Assembly (NCBI GenBank): GCA_963920595.1
Contig: OY986948.1
Span: 5,022,001-5,086,000, forward strand
DNA: 64,000 bases
Direction: 5' to 3'
From: Eimeria praecox
Lineage: Eukaryota
Positions 26,003-40,600 of the stretch are shown here, in pieces. The translations under genes were made by a program, and so were the position numbers. The notes under the pieces are model-generated. The model ran no database searches and had not been told where the DNA came from. It saw nothing but the letters and a program-made list of their open reading frames with translations. How positions within the stretch are numbered: the stretch's first letter is position 1; the number at the start of each line of letters is the position of its first letter.

Positions 26003-27949
26003 ACTACGTCCTAATCAGCGAAGCCAACAATCGCTTCAGCGGTTTTGCGCTCTGACGTCACCCTGAAGCCATAAAGGACGACTTACGAGGGGCGAATAAG
26101 AAACCCGGTGTATACGAAGCAGCAGGGTGCCTCCGTCTAGAGGATCTGGGGGGTTGTATTCCCTCACTAAAACTTCGACCGAACACACGCAGCACGTGAG
26201 TACAGTGCTTAAGTGCCTAACATGCGGCTTTCGCTTTTTCAATGCACAGCTTTGCGCATGGCCGCAAAGGGGTGAGAGGGCTGGCGAGTCCTTCTTCTGC
26301 GTGCAGGTGCACCCCAGCACATCATAGGGGTAGATATGGCACCTAAAGTCATAGACCTGCATAAGCTATGTGGCTCTGGCTTAATTTTTCTTTTTGCGTA
26401 TCTGAAGCTGTGCTTGAGTTTCAGCAAGTTAGTTCGCAGCTTTCCGCCAAGCACCATGATATTTGAATTACGTAGTTTTCACGGTTGACCTTAAACCCTT
26501 ACTTGTTCTGGTTCAAGGATCGGCTTTGTCAAGGAAAGAGTTGGCCGATATCGTCCAGATGGAGAACGCTCGTGCCTGCGTGAGTGAATTGGAGCCCCCA
26601 GAGAGAGACACGAATTATTTTCGGCAGTTTGGTGATCCATCCTGTATTTCTTCCCTGTATCCGTTGTTTCAACTGTGAACCAACAGCTGCAGCAAAGCGC
26701 GATCGTATTGTATTGCTTCACTGGAACGACGGTAGAATGCCCCCCTACTGGCGTTCAGCCGGTGCATACATCTAGCCGCTGCTGCTGCTGCTGCAAAGTT
26801 GACTAAAACCCTAGAACGCACCTGTTCAGTAAGCCGATTTATTCTGTTGCAGTCTCGTCGTGTTTGTCTGAGGTTACGCGACGCGATTAGCCTACGCGAT
26901 TAGGCGTTTGCAGGACGAGCAGTGATTGCCGAGGTGCTGAAAAGACTTGGATGAACAATTGCCAGCGCTAGTAATGAACCGCTTAGGAAGGAACGCGACC
27001 CTGGCGATGACGTTTTCACTATTAGGTTTGCAGTTACCCTGGTAAGTCCTTTTTGATATGGAATGTTGCTCTTGACTAGGAGAACTTCAGCGACGCGCGG
27101 AATCGCCAGTTTGTAAGTGAACAGTGTCAAGCAGTATTTCAACTCGCCAAGCACTTAGTCGGTCGAGCAGCAACTGGGGCGACCACTTTGTTCTACTGAG
27201 ACTTCGATGATCGTCCAGCTGCCACTTTGCTGCCACTCGACAATAAAGGTAATGTGTCCCGTTCTGGAAAGAAACGACCTTCCGAGCTATGCGTATGCGG
27301 TAGAAACGCCAAACACTTTGCGTATATATGGAAAAACAAAGACTCATTCTGCTGACATATTCTTGAAGCATCTTGTACTTATGGCGCTATGGGAACCCCT
27401 GATGCAGTAAACGCCTGGGTTGCAGCTCCATGCGTTGAACTCGCAGCTTGTGAAATGTTCACGTGTAAAAAGGGAACATTCATCATGTCTCGTGCCCGCA
27501 TATGCAGCTGGTACGGGAAAGCGTGTCAGCGAAGACCTTGTGGTAATGCCGCCGGGGAAAGCACAAAAAATTGATTCTAAGCAGGCAACATAGGCACGGC
27601 GCTTCTTATGTCATCATTTTACAGGCTGTGTTTAGCTGGCGATCTAAGGACCGGATACACAGTGATGCATGTGCTTGGGTAGCTGTAAGGAACAGTTGAG
27701 CCTGGAGTTACACCTGTAGCGGTGAATTGATGTGATGCATGCGCTAACAAGTTGTGCTTTTCTGGCCTTCTTCCTAGCTAACTGCATGGCTGTTGAAGAG
27801 TCAGTGGTCTATAAACGGGACTCGGAAACTGCGATTAGATCTCGTCAAACGGCTGACATCCTCCTAGAGCCATAAATGAACAAGGGATCGTGGGGGGGCT
27901 GCTCTTCCCATTCACGGTGTCGTAAGAGGTGCGACAGATCACAAGCGCT

Positions 27950-28290
27950 AAGAGTGCGCCGCTTGCGTCACTATGCAGCCGCGAGCACATGGAGTGTCCT
28001 TGCCACCCCTTTAAAGTTTTAACACAGATTTTGGATTGAGTGCACAGGCAAAACGTAGCTGCAGTCAGCATGCTCGCCATAAAGGGGAAGGCTGCATTTG
28101 CTCTCGCGGATTTCGATTCGGAAAAAATAAAGTGCATCCGTAAAAAGGCCATTATAATGTTTAGGCAGCACCGCAGTGTTAATATTTAAGTAACATATCA
28201 GCACCTTGCCTTGGGCATAGCACGAGAAGGGCTATCCACAATCTGCCAACCGAGTGCCCACAGCAAACGAACACCATACAAATACAACTG
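27950..28290 (-). pseudogene. Possible distant, frameshifted relative of the 58895 secreted-protein family
   Basis: Minus-strand peptides in different frames resemble the 58895 protein in the same order: LWIALLVLCPRQG vs LLALLVASVGTARG; GLFTDALYFFRIEIRESK vs LLYDGAVSFRRSRRRST; FMASMLTAATFCLCTQSKICVKTLK vs AMHAILATTAVVLLLIMHCFKTLN. Similarity was judged by eye only. Confidence 0.3.
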
Positions 28291-28636
28291 CACAGCCAAG
28301 GCTTCTTTCCACCTCGATGGTACAGATTTTGACTAATCACGCCAGACGCCACCCAGGTCCACAAGCCAGCAAAAGCCAGTCTATGCAGAGTGACGCCCTT
28401 CCTTTCCTAATCAGCTGCCCGAATACTGAGTTCTAGTGCCCGCACAAGGGACAACGGCCTAGCGCTTCTAACACACACTGTAGCGAAATGAACGGAATAT
28501 ACTCCACGACTGCACTGGGCAGAACTAGTGATATGCACATTCATGCGCGAATGCATGCAGTTAAACGAGATGCGTGCCAGGGCGGTTTCTTGGATTCTAC
28601 TAGAGGACAGAGGTGCCGCGTTAAAGGGACGTTTAG

Positions 28637-31600
28637 CTGAGTTGGATGGCACACTGCTACGGCGAATGGGATCACCTATTGGCACGCTTCATGCTCGCGG
28701 CAGCATATGCAACGTAGACATTCTTTTGTGGCTAAGCATCGGTTGAAGGGCCGTCTTTAACACTGGTTCGTTAGGACGTAAGCTGAGCGGTGCAGGAAGC
28801 AGAAAAAGGCAGCGTAGCAAGCACCTCCCAACCCGGCTCGTTTAGTAGGTATGCGCGTTATGGGCGAGCAATGGGGCCCTGAAAAGCATGGAGGTGCGCG
28901 CGAATGCAAGGCACGCAAGCACTGACGAAAGGCTGAGTTGGCAAGTGTTGCAATTCCATGGGTAGGCACTTCAGACCTGTGTCTGGCCTTACGCTGTGTG
29001 CACGTGCGGAGGCATAAATGAACTACCTTATTTTTTGAGGAGGAGCGTTTCATAACGTTTTGGATATGCGAGCGTTAGAGGGACAAGAGCTGTGTGTCTT
29101 CGAGCTCTCCAGGAAACGTGGGACGCATGGCTAGCTTGGCAGGACGCCTTAAAGCAGAAAGGGACGTGAGGATTAGCATTTTGCGTTTTTGAGTGTCCCT
29201 AGGCGGCACTGAACTACGGAGTGTGTTGTTGCTTTGCCTGCACCCGTAAATCATGGATGTTGGAACCATTTGAAATGGCTGCAAGATACGACTAGAACAC
29301 CAAAGGCTGGGCTTTAGCACCGTTTGACTTCAGCTTCACAGTCGCTGCGCTTGCGTTCTTGTAGGTAGATACTTTGTCCCTGTGCGGCACTGCCACTAGG
29401 GATGGTGTAGCAAGTCCCAGTGCAGTGAGTGCATCCTCACTTTGGTAGTGTAGGTGGATTGCTTCGATTACGTCGAAATGATTGGGATCAGTCTAGCCCC
29501 ATTTCGTAGCAAGTTCACGATTGGCGGCAACCGAGCCGACGGCCTGGGAGCTGTGGCGAGCGCGCGCTGAAGCGAGACTAGGTGGACTGTTGAGCATCCG
29601 TTGCTGCTTAGTTGAGCAAACCGTGAGTTTTAGGAGGTGCACAGCATGTAGCAATCTGTGAGCATGAGGGCGCAGTGCAACCAAGAGTCCATGAACCAGT
29701 GCACTAGTGTGCTAGTGCATTGGCAGCGGGCTCTGGATAAGCGAATCGATGCTCGGGTGCAGGCAGTTGCTTTGAGATGGGAACCTGGCTAGTTCCTTTG
29801 ATTCCTGCTCGAGGATGCAGGCACCGTATGGAAGGGGAGTTCATCTGAGTTGGATGACGCACTGCTACGGCGAATGGGATCACCTATTGGCACGCTTCAT
29901 GCTCGCGGCAGCATATGCAACGTAGACGTTCTTTTGTGGCTAAGCATCGGTTGAAGGGCCGTCTTTAACACTTGTTCAGTACCTGTCATGCGACGCCGTG
30001 CAGAAAGACGAGACACGTACCCTATCCGGTACTTATCAACGAACCTCAGATGGTATGCGGAGACATGGAATGTGTGAAGGGTTTTTGTCAAGCTGGAGAC
30101 GTGTGCGCGAATGCAAGGCACGCAAGCACTGACGAAAGGCTGAGTTGGCAAGTGTTGCAATTCCATGGGTAGGCACTTCAGACCTGTGTCTGGCCTTACG
30201 CTGTGTGCACGTGCGGAGGCATAAATGAACTACCTTATTTTTTGAGGAGGAGCGTTTCATAACGTTTTGGATATGCGAGCGTTAGAGGGACAAGAGCTGT
30301 GTGTCTTCGAGCTCTCCAGGAAACGTGGGACGCATGGCTAGCTTGGCAGGACGCCTTAAAGCAGAAAGGGACGTGAGGATTAGCATTTTGCGTTTTTGAG
30401 TGTCCCTAGGCGGCACTGAACTACGGAGTGTGTTGTTGCTTTGCCTGCACCCGTAAATCATGGATGTTGGAACCATTTGAAATGGCTGCAAGATACGACT
30501 AGAACACCAAAGGCTGGGCTTTAGCACCGTTTGACTTCAGCTTCACAGTCGCTGCGCTTGCGTTCTTGTAGGTAGATACTTTGTCCCTGTGCGGCACTGC
30601 CACTAGGGATGGTGTAGCAAGTCCCAGTGCAGTGAGTGCATCCTCACTTTGGTAGTGTAGGTGGATTGCTTCGATTACGTCGAAATGATTTGGATCAGTC
30701 TAGCCCCATTTCGTAGCAAGTTCACGATTGGCGGCAACCGAGCCGACGGCCTGGGAGCTGTGGCGAGCGCGCGCTGAAGCGAGACTAGGTGGACTGTTGA
30801 GCATCTGTTGCTGCTTAGTTGAGCAAACCGTGAGTTTTAGGAGGTGCACAGCATGTAGCAATCTGTGAGCATGAGGGCGCAGTGCAACCAAGAGTCCATG
30901 AACCAGTGCACTAGTGTGCTAGTGCATTGGCAGCGGGCTCTGGATAAGCGAATCGATGCTCGGGTGCAGGCAGTTGCTTTGAGATGGGAACCTGGCTAGT
31001 TCCTTTGATTCCTGCTCGAGGATGCAGGCACCGTATGGAAGGGGAGTTCATCTGAGTTGGATGGCGCACTGCTACGGCGAATGGGATCACCTATTGGCAC
31101 GCTTCATGCTCGCGGCAGCATATGCAACGTAGACGTTCTTTTGTGGCTAAGCATCGGTTGAAGAGCCGTCTTTAACACTGGTTCGTTAGGACGTAAGCTG
31201 AGCGGTGCAGGAAGCAGAAAAAGGCAGCGTAGCAAGCACCTCCCAACCCAGCTCGTTTAGTAGGTATGCACGTTATGGGCGAGCAGTGGGGCTCTGAAAA
31301 GCATGGAGGTGCTCGCCAATGCGAGGCATGCAAGCACTGACGAAAGGCTGAGTTGGCAAGTACTGCAATTCCATGGGTAGGCACTTCAGACCTGTGTCTG
31401 GCCTTACGCTGTGTGCACGTGCGGAGGCATAAATGAACTACCTTATTTTTTGAGGAGGAGCGTTTCATAACGTTTTGGATATGCGAGCGTTAGAGGGACA
31501 AGAGCTGTGTGTCTTCGAGCTCTCCAGGAAACGTGGGACGCATGGCTAGCTTGGCAGGACGCCTTAAAGCAGAAAGGGACGTGAGGATTAGCATTTTGCG

Positions 31601-34600
31601 TTTTTGAGTGTCCCTAGGCGGCACTGAACTACGGAGTGTGTTGTTGCTTTGCCTGCACCCGTAAATCATGGATGTTGGAACCATTTGAAATGGCTGCAAG
31701 ATACGACTAGAACACCAAAGGCTGGGCTTTAGCACCGTTTGACTTCAGCTTCACAGTCGCTGCGCTTGCGTTCTTGTAGGTAGATACTTTGTCCCTGTGC
31801 GGCACTGCCACTAGGGATGGTGTAGCAAGTCCCAGTGCAGTGAGTGCATCCTCACTTTGGTAGTGTAGGTGGATTGCTTCGATTACGTCGAAATGATTTG
31901 GATCAGTCTAGCCCCATTTCGTAGCAAGTTCACGATTGGCGGCAGCCGAGCCGACGGCCTGGGAGCTGTGGCGAGCGCGCGCTGAAGCGAGACTAGGTGG
32001 ACTGTTGAGCATCCGTTGCTGCTTAGTCGAGCAAACCGTGAGTGTTAGGAGGTGCACAGCATGTAGCAATCTGTGAGCATGGGGGCGCAATGCAACCAAG
32101 AGTCCATGAACCAATGCACTAGTGTGCTAGTGCATTGGCAGCGGGCTCTGGATAAGCGAATCGATGCTCGGGTGCAGGCAGTTGCTTTGAGATGGGAACC
32201 TGGCTAGTTCCTTTGATTCCTGCTCGAGGATGCAGGCACCGTATGGAAGGGGAGTTCATCTGAGTTGGATGGCGCACTGCTACGGCGAATGCGATCACCT
32301 ATTGGCACGCTTCATGCTCGCGGCAGCATATGCAACGTAGACATTCTTTTGTGGCTAAGCATCGGTTGAAGGGCCGTCTTTAACACTGGTTCGTTAGGAC
32401 GTAAGCTGAGCGGTGCAGGAAGCAGAAAAAGGCAGCGTAGCAAGCACCTCCCAACCCAGCTCCTTTAGTAGGTATGCACGTTATGGGCGAGCAATGGGGC
32501 CCTGAAAAGCATGGAGGTGCTCGCGAATGCAAGGCACGCAAGCACTGACGAAAGGCTGAGTTGGCAAGTGTTGCAATTCCATGGGTAGGCACTTCAGACC
32601 TGTGTCTGGCCTTACGCTGTGTGCACGTGCGGAGGCATAAATGAACTACCTTATTTTTTGAGGAGGAGCGTTTCATAACGTTTTGGATATGCGAGCGTTA
32701 GAGGGACAAGAGCTGTGTGTCTTCGAGCTCTCCAGGAAACGTGGGATGCATGGCTAGCTTGGCAGGACGCCTTAAAGCAGAAAGGGACGTGAGGATTAGC
32801 ATTTTGCGTTTTTGAGTGTCCCTAGGCGGCACTGAACTACGGAGTGTGTTGTTGCTTTGCCTGCACCCGTAAATCATGGATGTTGGAACCATTTGAAATG
32901 GCTGCAAGATACGACTAGAACACCAAAGGCTGGGCTTTAGCACCGTTTGACTTCAGCTTCACAGTCGCTGCGCTTGCGTTCTTGTAGGTAGATACTTTGT
33001 CCCTGTGCGGCACTGCCACTAGGGATGGTGTAGCAAGTCCCAGTGCAGTGAGTGCATCCTCACTTTGGTAGTGTAGGTGGATTGCTTCGATTACGTCGAA
33101 ATGATTTGGATCAGTCTAGCCCCATTTCGTAGCAAGTTCACGATTGGCGGCAGCCGAGCCGACGGCCTGGGAGCTGTGGCGAGCGCGCGCTGAAGCGAGA
33201 CTAGGTGGACTGTTGAGCATCCGTTGCTGCTTAGTCGAGCAAACCGTGAGTGTTAGGAGGTGCGCAGCATGTAGCAATCTGTGAGCATGGGGGCGCAATG
33301 CAACCAAGAGTCCATGAACCAATGCACTAGTGTGCTAGTGCATTGGCAGCGGGCTCTGGATAAGCGAATCGATGCTCGGGTGCAGGCAGTTGCTTTGAGA
33401 TGGGAACCTGGCTAGTTCCTTTGATTCCTGCTCGAGGATGCAGGCACCGTATGGAAGGGGAGTTCATCTGAGTTGGATGGCGCACTGCTACGGCGAATGC
33501 GATCACCTATTGGCACGCTTCATGCTCGCGGCAGCATATGCAACGTAGACATTCTTTTGTGGCTAAGCATCGGTTGAAGGGCCGTCTTTAACACTGGTTC
33601 GTTAGGACGTAAGCTGAGCGGTGCAGGAAGCAGAAAAAGGCAGCGTAGCAAGCACCTCCCAACCCAGCTCCTTTAGTAGGTATGCACGTTATGGGCGAGC
33701 AATGGGGCCCTGAAAAGCATGGAGGTGCGCGCGAATGCAAGGCACGCAAGCACTGACGAAAGGCTGAGTTGGCAAGTGTTGCAATTCCATGGGTAGGCAC
33801 TTCAGACCTGTGTCTGGCCTTACGCTGTGTGCACGTGCGGAGGCATAAATGAACTACCTTATTTTTTGAGGAGGAGCGTTTCATAACGTTTTGGATATGC
33901 GAGCGTTAGAGGGACAAGAGCTGTGTGTCTTCGAGCTCTCCAGGAAACGTGGGACGCATGGCTAGCTTGGCAGGACGCCTTAAAGCAGAAAGGGACGTGA
34001 GGATTAGCATTTTGCGTTTTTGAGTGTCCCTAGGCGGCACTGAACTACGGAGTGTGTTGTTGCTTTGCCTGCACCCGTAAATCATGGATGTTGGAACCAT
34101 TTGAAATGGCTGCAAGATACGACTAGAACACCAAAGGCTGGGCTTTAGCACCGTTTGACTTCAGCTTCACAGTCGCTGCGCTTGCGTTCTTGTAGGTAGA
34201 TACTTTGTCCCTGTGCGGCACTGCCACTAGGGATGGTGTAGCAAGTCCCAGTGCAGTGAGTGCATCCTCACTTTGGTAGTGTAGGTGGATTGCTTCGATT
34301 ACGTCGAAATGATTTGGATCAGTCTAGCCCCATTTCGTAGCAAGTTCACGATTGGCGGCAACCGAGCCGACGGCCTGGGAGCTGTGGCGAGCGCGCGCTG
34401 AAGCGAGACTAGGTGGACTGTTGAGCATCTGTTGCTGCTTAGTTGAGCAAACCGTGAGTTTTAGGAGGTGCACAGCATGTAGCAATCTGTGAGCATGAGG
34501 GCGCAGTGCAACCAAGAGTCCATGAACCAGTGCACTAGTGTGCTAGTGCATTGGCAGCGGGCTCTGGATAAGCGAATCGATGCTCGGGTGCAGGCAGTTG

Positions 34601-37600
34601 CTTTGAGATGGGAACCTGGCTAGTTCCTTTGATTCCTGCTCGAGGATGCAGGCACCGTATGGAAGGGGAGTTCATCTGAGTTGGATGGCGCACTGCTACG
34701 GCGAATGGGATCACCTATTGGCACGCTTCATGCTCGCGGCAGCATATGCAACGTAGACGTTCTTTTGTGGCTAAGCATCGGTTGAAGAGCCGTCTTTAAC
34801 ACTGGTTCGTTAGGACGTAAGCTGAGCGGTGCAGGAAGCAGAAAAAGGCAGCGTAGCAAGCACCTCCCAACCCAGCTCCTTTAGTAGGTATGCACGTTAT
34901 GGGCGAGCAATGGGGCTCTGAAAAGCATGGAGGTGCTCGCCAATGCGAGGCATGCAAGCACTGACGAAAGGCTGAGTTGGCAAGTACTGCAATTCCATGG
35001 GTAGGCACTTCAGACCTGTGTCTGGCCTTACGCTGTGTGCACGTGCGGAGGCATAAATGAACTACCTTATTTTTTGAGGAGGAGCGTTTCATAACGTTTT
35101 GGATATGCGAGCGTTAGAGGGACAAGAGCTGTGTGTCTTCGAGCTCTCCAGGAAACGTGGGACGCATGGCTAGCTTGGCAGGACGCCTTAAAGCAGAAAG
35201 GGACGTGAGGATTAGCATTTTGCGTTTTTGAGTGTCCCTAGGCGGCACTGAACTACGGAGTGTGTTGTTGCTTTGCCTGCACCCGTAAATCATGGATGTT
35301 GGAACCATTTGAAATGGCTGCAAGATACGACTAGAACACCAAAGGCTGGGCTTTAGCACCGTTTGACTTCAGCTTCACAGTCGCTGCGCTTGCGTTCTTG
35401 TAGGTAGATACTTTGTCCCTGTGCGGCACTGCCACTAGGGATGGTGTAGCAAGTCCCAGTGCAGTGAGTGCATCCTCACTTTGGTAGTGTAGGTGGATTG
35501 CTTCGATTACGTCGAAATGATTTGGATCAGTCTAGCCCCATTTCGTAGCAAGTTCACGATTGGCGGCAACCGAGCCGACGGCCTGGGAGCTGTGGCGAGC
35601 GCGCGCTGAAGCGAGACTAGGTGGACTGTTGAGCATCTGTTGCTGCTTAGTTGAGCAAACCGTGAGTTTTAGGAGGTGCACAGCATGTAGCAATCTGTGA
35701 GCATGAGGGCGCAGTGCAACCAAGAGTCCATGAACCAGTGCACTAGTGTGCTAGTGCATTGGCAGCGGGCTCTGGATAAGCGAATCGATGCTCGGGTGCA
35801 GGCAGTTGCTTTGAGATGGGAACCTGGCTAGTTCCTTTGATTCCTGCTCGAGGATGCAGGCACCGTATGGAAGGGGAGTTCATCTGAGTTGGATGGCGCA
35901 CTGCTACGGCGAATGGGATCACCTATTGGCACGCTTCATGCTCGCGGCAGCATATGCAACGTAGACGTTCTTTTGTGGCTAAGCATCGGTTGAAGAGCCG
36001 TCTTTAACACTGGTTCGTTAGGACGTAAGCTGAGCGGTGCAGGAAGCAGAAAAAGGCAGCGTAGCAAGCACCTCCCAACCCAGCTCCTTTAGTAGGTATG
36101 CACGTTATGGGCGAGCAATGGGGCTCTGAAAAGCATGGAGGTGCTCGCCAATGCGAGGCATGCAAGCACTGACGAAAGGCTGAGTTGGCAAGTACTGCAA
36201 TTCCATGGGTAGGCACTTCAGACCTGTGTCTGGCCTTACGCTGTGTGCACGTGCGGAGGCATAAATGAACTACCTTATTTTTTGAGGAGGAGCGTTTCAT
36301 AACGTTTTGGATATGCGAGCGTTAGAGGGACAAGAGCTGTGTGTCTTCGAGCTCTCCAGGAAACGTGGGACGCATGGCTAGCTTGGCAGGACGCCTTAAA
36401 GCAGAAAGGGACGTGAGGATTAGCATTTTGCGTTTTTGAGTGTCCCTAGGCGGCACTGAACTACGGAGTGTGTTGTTGCTTTGCCTGCACCCGTAAATCA
36501 TGGATGTTGGAACCATTTGAAATGGCTGCAAGATACGACTAGAACACCAAAGGCTGGGCTTTAGCACCGTTTGACTTCAGCTTCACAGTCGCTGCGCTTG
36601 CGTTCTTGTAGGTAGATACTTTGTCCCTGTGCGGCACTGCCACTAGGGATGGTGTAGCAAGTCCCAGTGCAGTGAGTGCATCCTCACTTTGGTAGTGTAG
36701 GTGGATTGCTTCGATTACGTCGAAATGATTTGGATCAGTCTAGCCCCATTTCGTAGCAAGTTCACGATTGGCGGCAGCCGAGCCGACGGCCTGGGAGCTG
36801 TGGCGAGCGCGCGCTGAAGCGAGACTAGGTGGACTGTTGAGCATCCGTTGCTGCTTAGTCGAGCAAACCGTGAGTGTTAGGAGGTGCACAGCATGTAGCA
36901 ATCTGTGAGCATGGGGGCGCAATGCAACCAAGAGTCCATGAACCAATGCACTAGTGTGCTAGTGCATTGGCAGCGGGCTCTGGATAAGCGAATCGATGCT
37001 CGGGTGCAGGCAGTTGCTTTGAGATGGGAACCTGGCTAGTTCCTTTGATTCCTGCTCGAGGATGCAGGCACCGTATGGAAGGGGAGTTCATCTGAGTTGG
37101 ATGGCGCACTGCTACGGCGAATGCGATCACCTATTGGCACGCTTCATGCTCGCGGCAGCATATGCAACGTAGACATTCTTTTGTGGCTAAGCATCGGTTG
37201 AAGGGCCGTCTTTAACACTGGTTCGTTAGGACGTAAGCTGAGCGGTGCAGGAAGCAGAAAAAGGCAGCGTAGCAAGCACCTCCCAACCCAGCTCCTTTAG
37301 TAGGTATGCACGTTATGGGCGAGCAATGGGGCCCTGAAAAGCATGGAGGTGCTCGCGAATGCAAGGCACGCAAGCACTGACGAAAGGCTGAGTTGGCAAG
37401 TGTTGCAATTCCATGGGTAGGCACTTCAGACCTGTGTCTGGCCTTACGCTGTGTGCACGTGCGGAGGCATAAATGAACTACCTTATTTTTTGAGGAGGAG
37501 CGTTTCATAACGTTTTGGATATGCGAGCGTTAGAGGGACAAGAGCTGTGTGTCTTCGAGCTCTCCAGGAAACGTGGGATGCATGGCTAGCTTGGCAGGAC

Positions 37601-40600
37601 GCCTTAAAGCAGAAAGGGACGTGAGGATTAGCATTTTGCGTTTTTGAGTGTCCCTAGGCGGCACTGAACTACGGAGTGTGTTGTTGCTTTGCCTGCACCC
37701 GTAAATCATGGATGTTGGAACCATTTGAAATGGCTGCAAGATACGACTAGAACACCAAAGGCTGGGCTTTAGCACCGTTTGACTTCAGCTTCACAGTCGC
37801 TGCGCTTGCGTTCTTGTAGGTAGATACTTTGTCCCTGTGCGGCACTGCCACTAGGGATGGTGTAGCAAGTCCCAGTGCAGTGAGTGCATCCTCACTTTGG
37901 TAGTGTAGGTGGATTGCTTCGATTACGTCGAAATGATTTGGATCAGTCTAGCCCCATTTCGTAGCAAGTTCACGATTGGCGGCAGCCGAGCCGACGGCCT
38001 GGGAGCTGTGGCGAGCGCGCGCTGAAGCGAGACTAGGTGGACTGTTGAGCATCCGTTGCTGCTTAGTCGAGCAAACCGTGAGTGTTAGGAGGTGCGCAGC
38101 ATGTAGCAATCTGTGAGCATGGGGGCGCAATGCAACCAAGAGTCCATGAACCAATGCACTAGTGTGCTAGTGCATTGGCAGCGGGCTCTGGATAAGCGAA
38201 TCGATGCTCGGGTGCAGGCAGTTGCTTTGAGATGGGAACCTGGCTAGTTCCTTTGATTCCTGCTCGAGGATGCAGGCACCGTATGGAAGGGGAGTTCATC
38301 TGAGTTGGATGGCGCACTGCTACGGCGAATGCGATCACCTATTGGCACGCTTCATGCTCGCGGCAGCATATGCAACGTAGACATTCTTTTGTGGCTAAGC
38401 ATCGGTTGAAGGGCCGTCTTTAACACTGGTTCGTTAGGACGTAAGCTGAGCGGTGCAGGAAGCAGAAAAAGGCAGCGTAGCAAGCACCTCCCAACCCAGC
38501 TCCTTTAGTAGGTATGCACGTTATGGGCGAGCAATGGGGCCCTGAAAAGCATGGAGGTGCGCGCGAATGCAAGGCACGCAAGCACTGACGAAAGGCTGAG
38601 TTGGCAAGTGTTGCAATTCCATGGGTAGGCACTTCAGACCTGTGTCTGGCCTTACGCTGTGTGCACGTGCGGAGGCATAAATGAACTACCTTATTTTTTG
38701 AGGAGGAGCGTTTCATAACGTTTTGGATATGCGAGCGTTAGAGGGACAAGAGCTGTGTGTCTTCGAGCTCTCCAGGAAACGTGGGACGCATGGCTAGCTT
38801 GGCAGGACGCCTTAAAGCAGAAAGGGACGTGAGGATTAGCATTTTGCGTTTTTGAGTGTCCCTAGGCGGCACTGAACTACGGAGTGTGTTGTTGCTTTGC
38901 CTGCACCCGTAAATCATGGATGTTGGAACCATTTGAAATGGCTGCAAGATACGACTAGAACACCAAAGGCTGGGCTTTAGCACCGTTTGACTTCAGCTTC
39001 ACAGTCGCTGCGCTTGCGTTCTTGTAGGTAGATACTTTGTCCCTGTGCGGCACTGCCACTAGGGATGGTGTAGCAAGTCCCAGTGCAGTGAGTGCATCCT
39101 CACTTTGGTAGTGTAGGTGGATTGCTTCGATTACGTCGAAATGATTTGGATCAGTCTAGCCCCATTTCGTAGCAAGTTCACGATTGGCGGCAACCGAGCC
39201 GACGGCCTGGGAGCTGTGGCGAGCGCGCGCTGAAGCGAGACTAGGTGGACTGTTGAGCATCTGTTGCTGCTTAGTTGAGCAAACCGTGAGTTTTAGGAGG
39301 TGCACAGCATGTAGCAATCTGTGAGCATGAGGGCGCAGTGCAACCAAGAGTCCATGAACCAGTGCACTAGTGTGCTAGTGCATTGGCAGCGGGCTCTGGA
39401 TAAGCGAATCGATGCTCGGGTGCAGGCAGTTGCTTTGAGATGGGAACCTGGCTAGTTCCTTTGATTCCTGCTCGAGGATGCAGGCACCGTATGGAAGGGG
39501 AGTTCATCTGAGTTGGATGGCGCACTGCTACGGCGAATGGGATCACCTATTGGCACGCTTCATGCTCGCGGCAGCATATGCAACGTAGACGTTCTTTTGT
39601 GGCTAAGCATCGGTTGAAGAGCCGTCTTTAACACTGGTTCGTTAGGACGTAAGCTGAGCGGTGCAGGAAGCAGAAAAAGGCAGCGTAGCAAGCACCTCCC
39701 AACCCAGCTCGTTTAGTAGGTATGCACGTTATGGGCGAGCAGTGGGGCTCTGAAAAGCATGGAGGTGCTCGCCAATGCGAGGCATGCAAGCACTGACGAA
39801 AGGCTGAGTTGGCAAGTACTGCAATTCCATGGGTAGGCACTTCAGACCTGTGTCTGGCCTTACGCTGTGTGCACGTGCGGAGGCATAAATGAACTACCTT
39901 ATTTTTTGAGGAGGAGCGTTTCATAACGTTTTGGATATGCGAGCGTTAGAGGGACAAGAGCTGTGTGTCTTCGAGCTCTCCAGGAAACGTGGGACGCATG
40001 GCTAGCTTGGCAGGACGCCTTAAAGCAGAAAGGGACGTGAGGATTAGCATTTTGCGTTTTTGAGTGTCCCTAGGCGGCACTGAACTACGGAGTGTGTTGT
40101 TGCTTTGCCTGCACCCGTAAATCATGGATGTTGGAACCATTTGAAATGGCTGCAAGATACGACTAGAACACCAAAGGCTGGGCTTTAGCACCGTTTGACT
40201 TCAGCTTCACAGTCGCTGCGCTTGCGTTCTTGTAGGTAGATACTTTGTCCCTGTGCGGCACTGCCACTAGGGATGGTGTAGCAAGTCCCAGTGCAGTGAG
40301 TGCATCCTCACTTTGGTAGTGTAGGTGGATTGCTTCGATTACGTCGAAATGATTTGGATCAGTCTAGCCCCATTTCGTAGCAAGTTCACGATTGGCGGCA
40401 GCCGAGCCGACGGCCTGGGAGCTGTGGCGAGCGCGCGCTGAAGCGAGACTAGGTGGACTGTTGAGCATCCGTTGCTGCTTAGTCGAGCAAACCGTGAGTG
40501 TTAGGAGGTGCACAGCATGTAGCAATCTGTGAGCATGGGGGCGCAATGCAACCAAGAGTCCATGAACCAATGCACTAGTGTGCTAGTGCATTGGCAGCGG

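Noticed and set aside
28722..28745. U2 snRNA-like TTCTTTTGTGGCTAAGCATC and an Sm-like ATTTTTTG in the 1208-bp unit
   Set aside because: It lacks the U2 branch-point-pairing GTGTAGTA and the U2 5' end, and the spacing to the Sm-like site does not fit. No 5S, U1, U5 or tRNA signature was recognised in the unit either.
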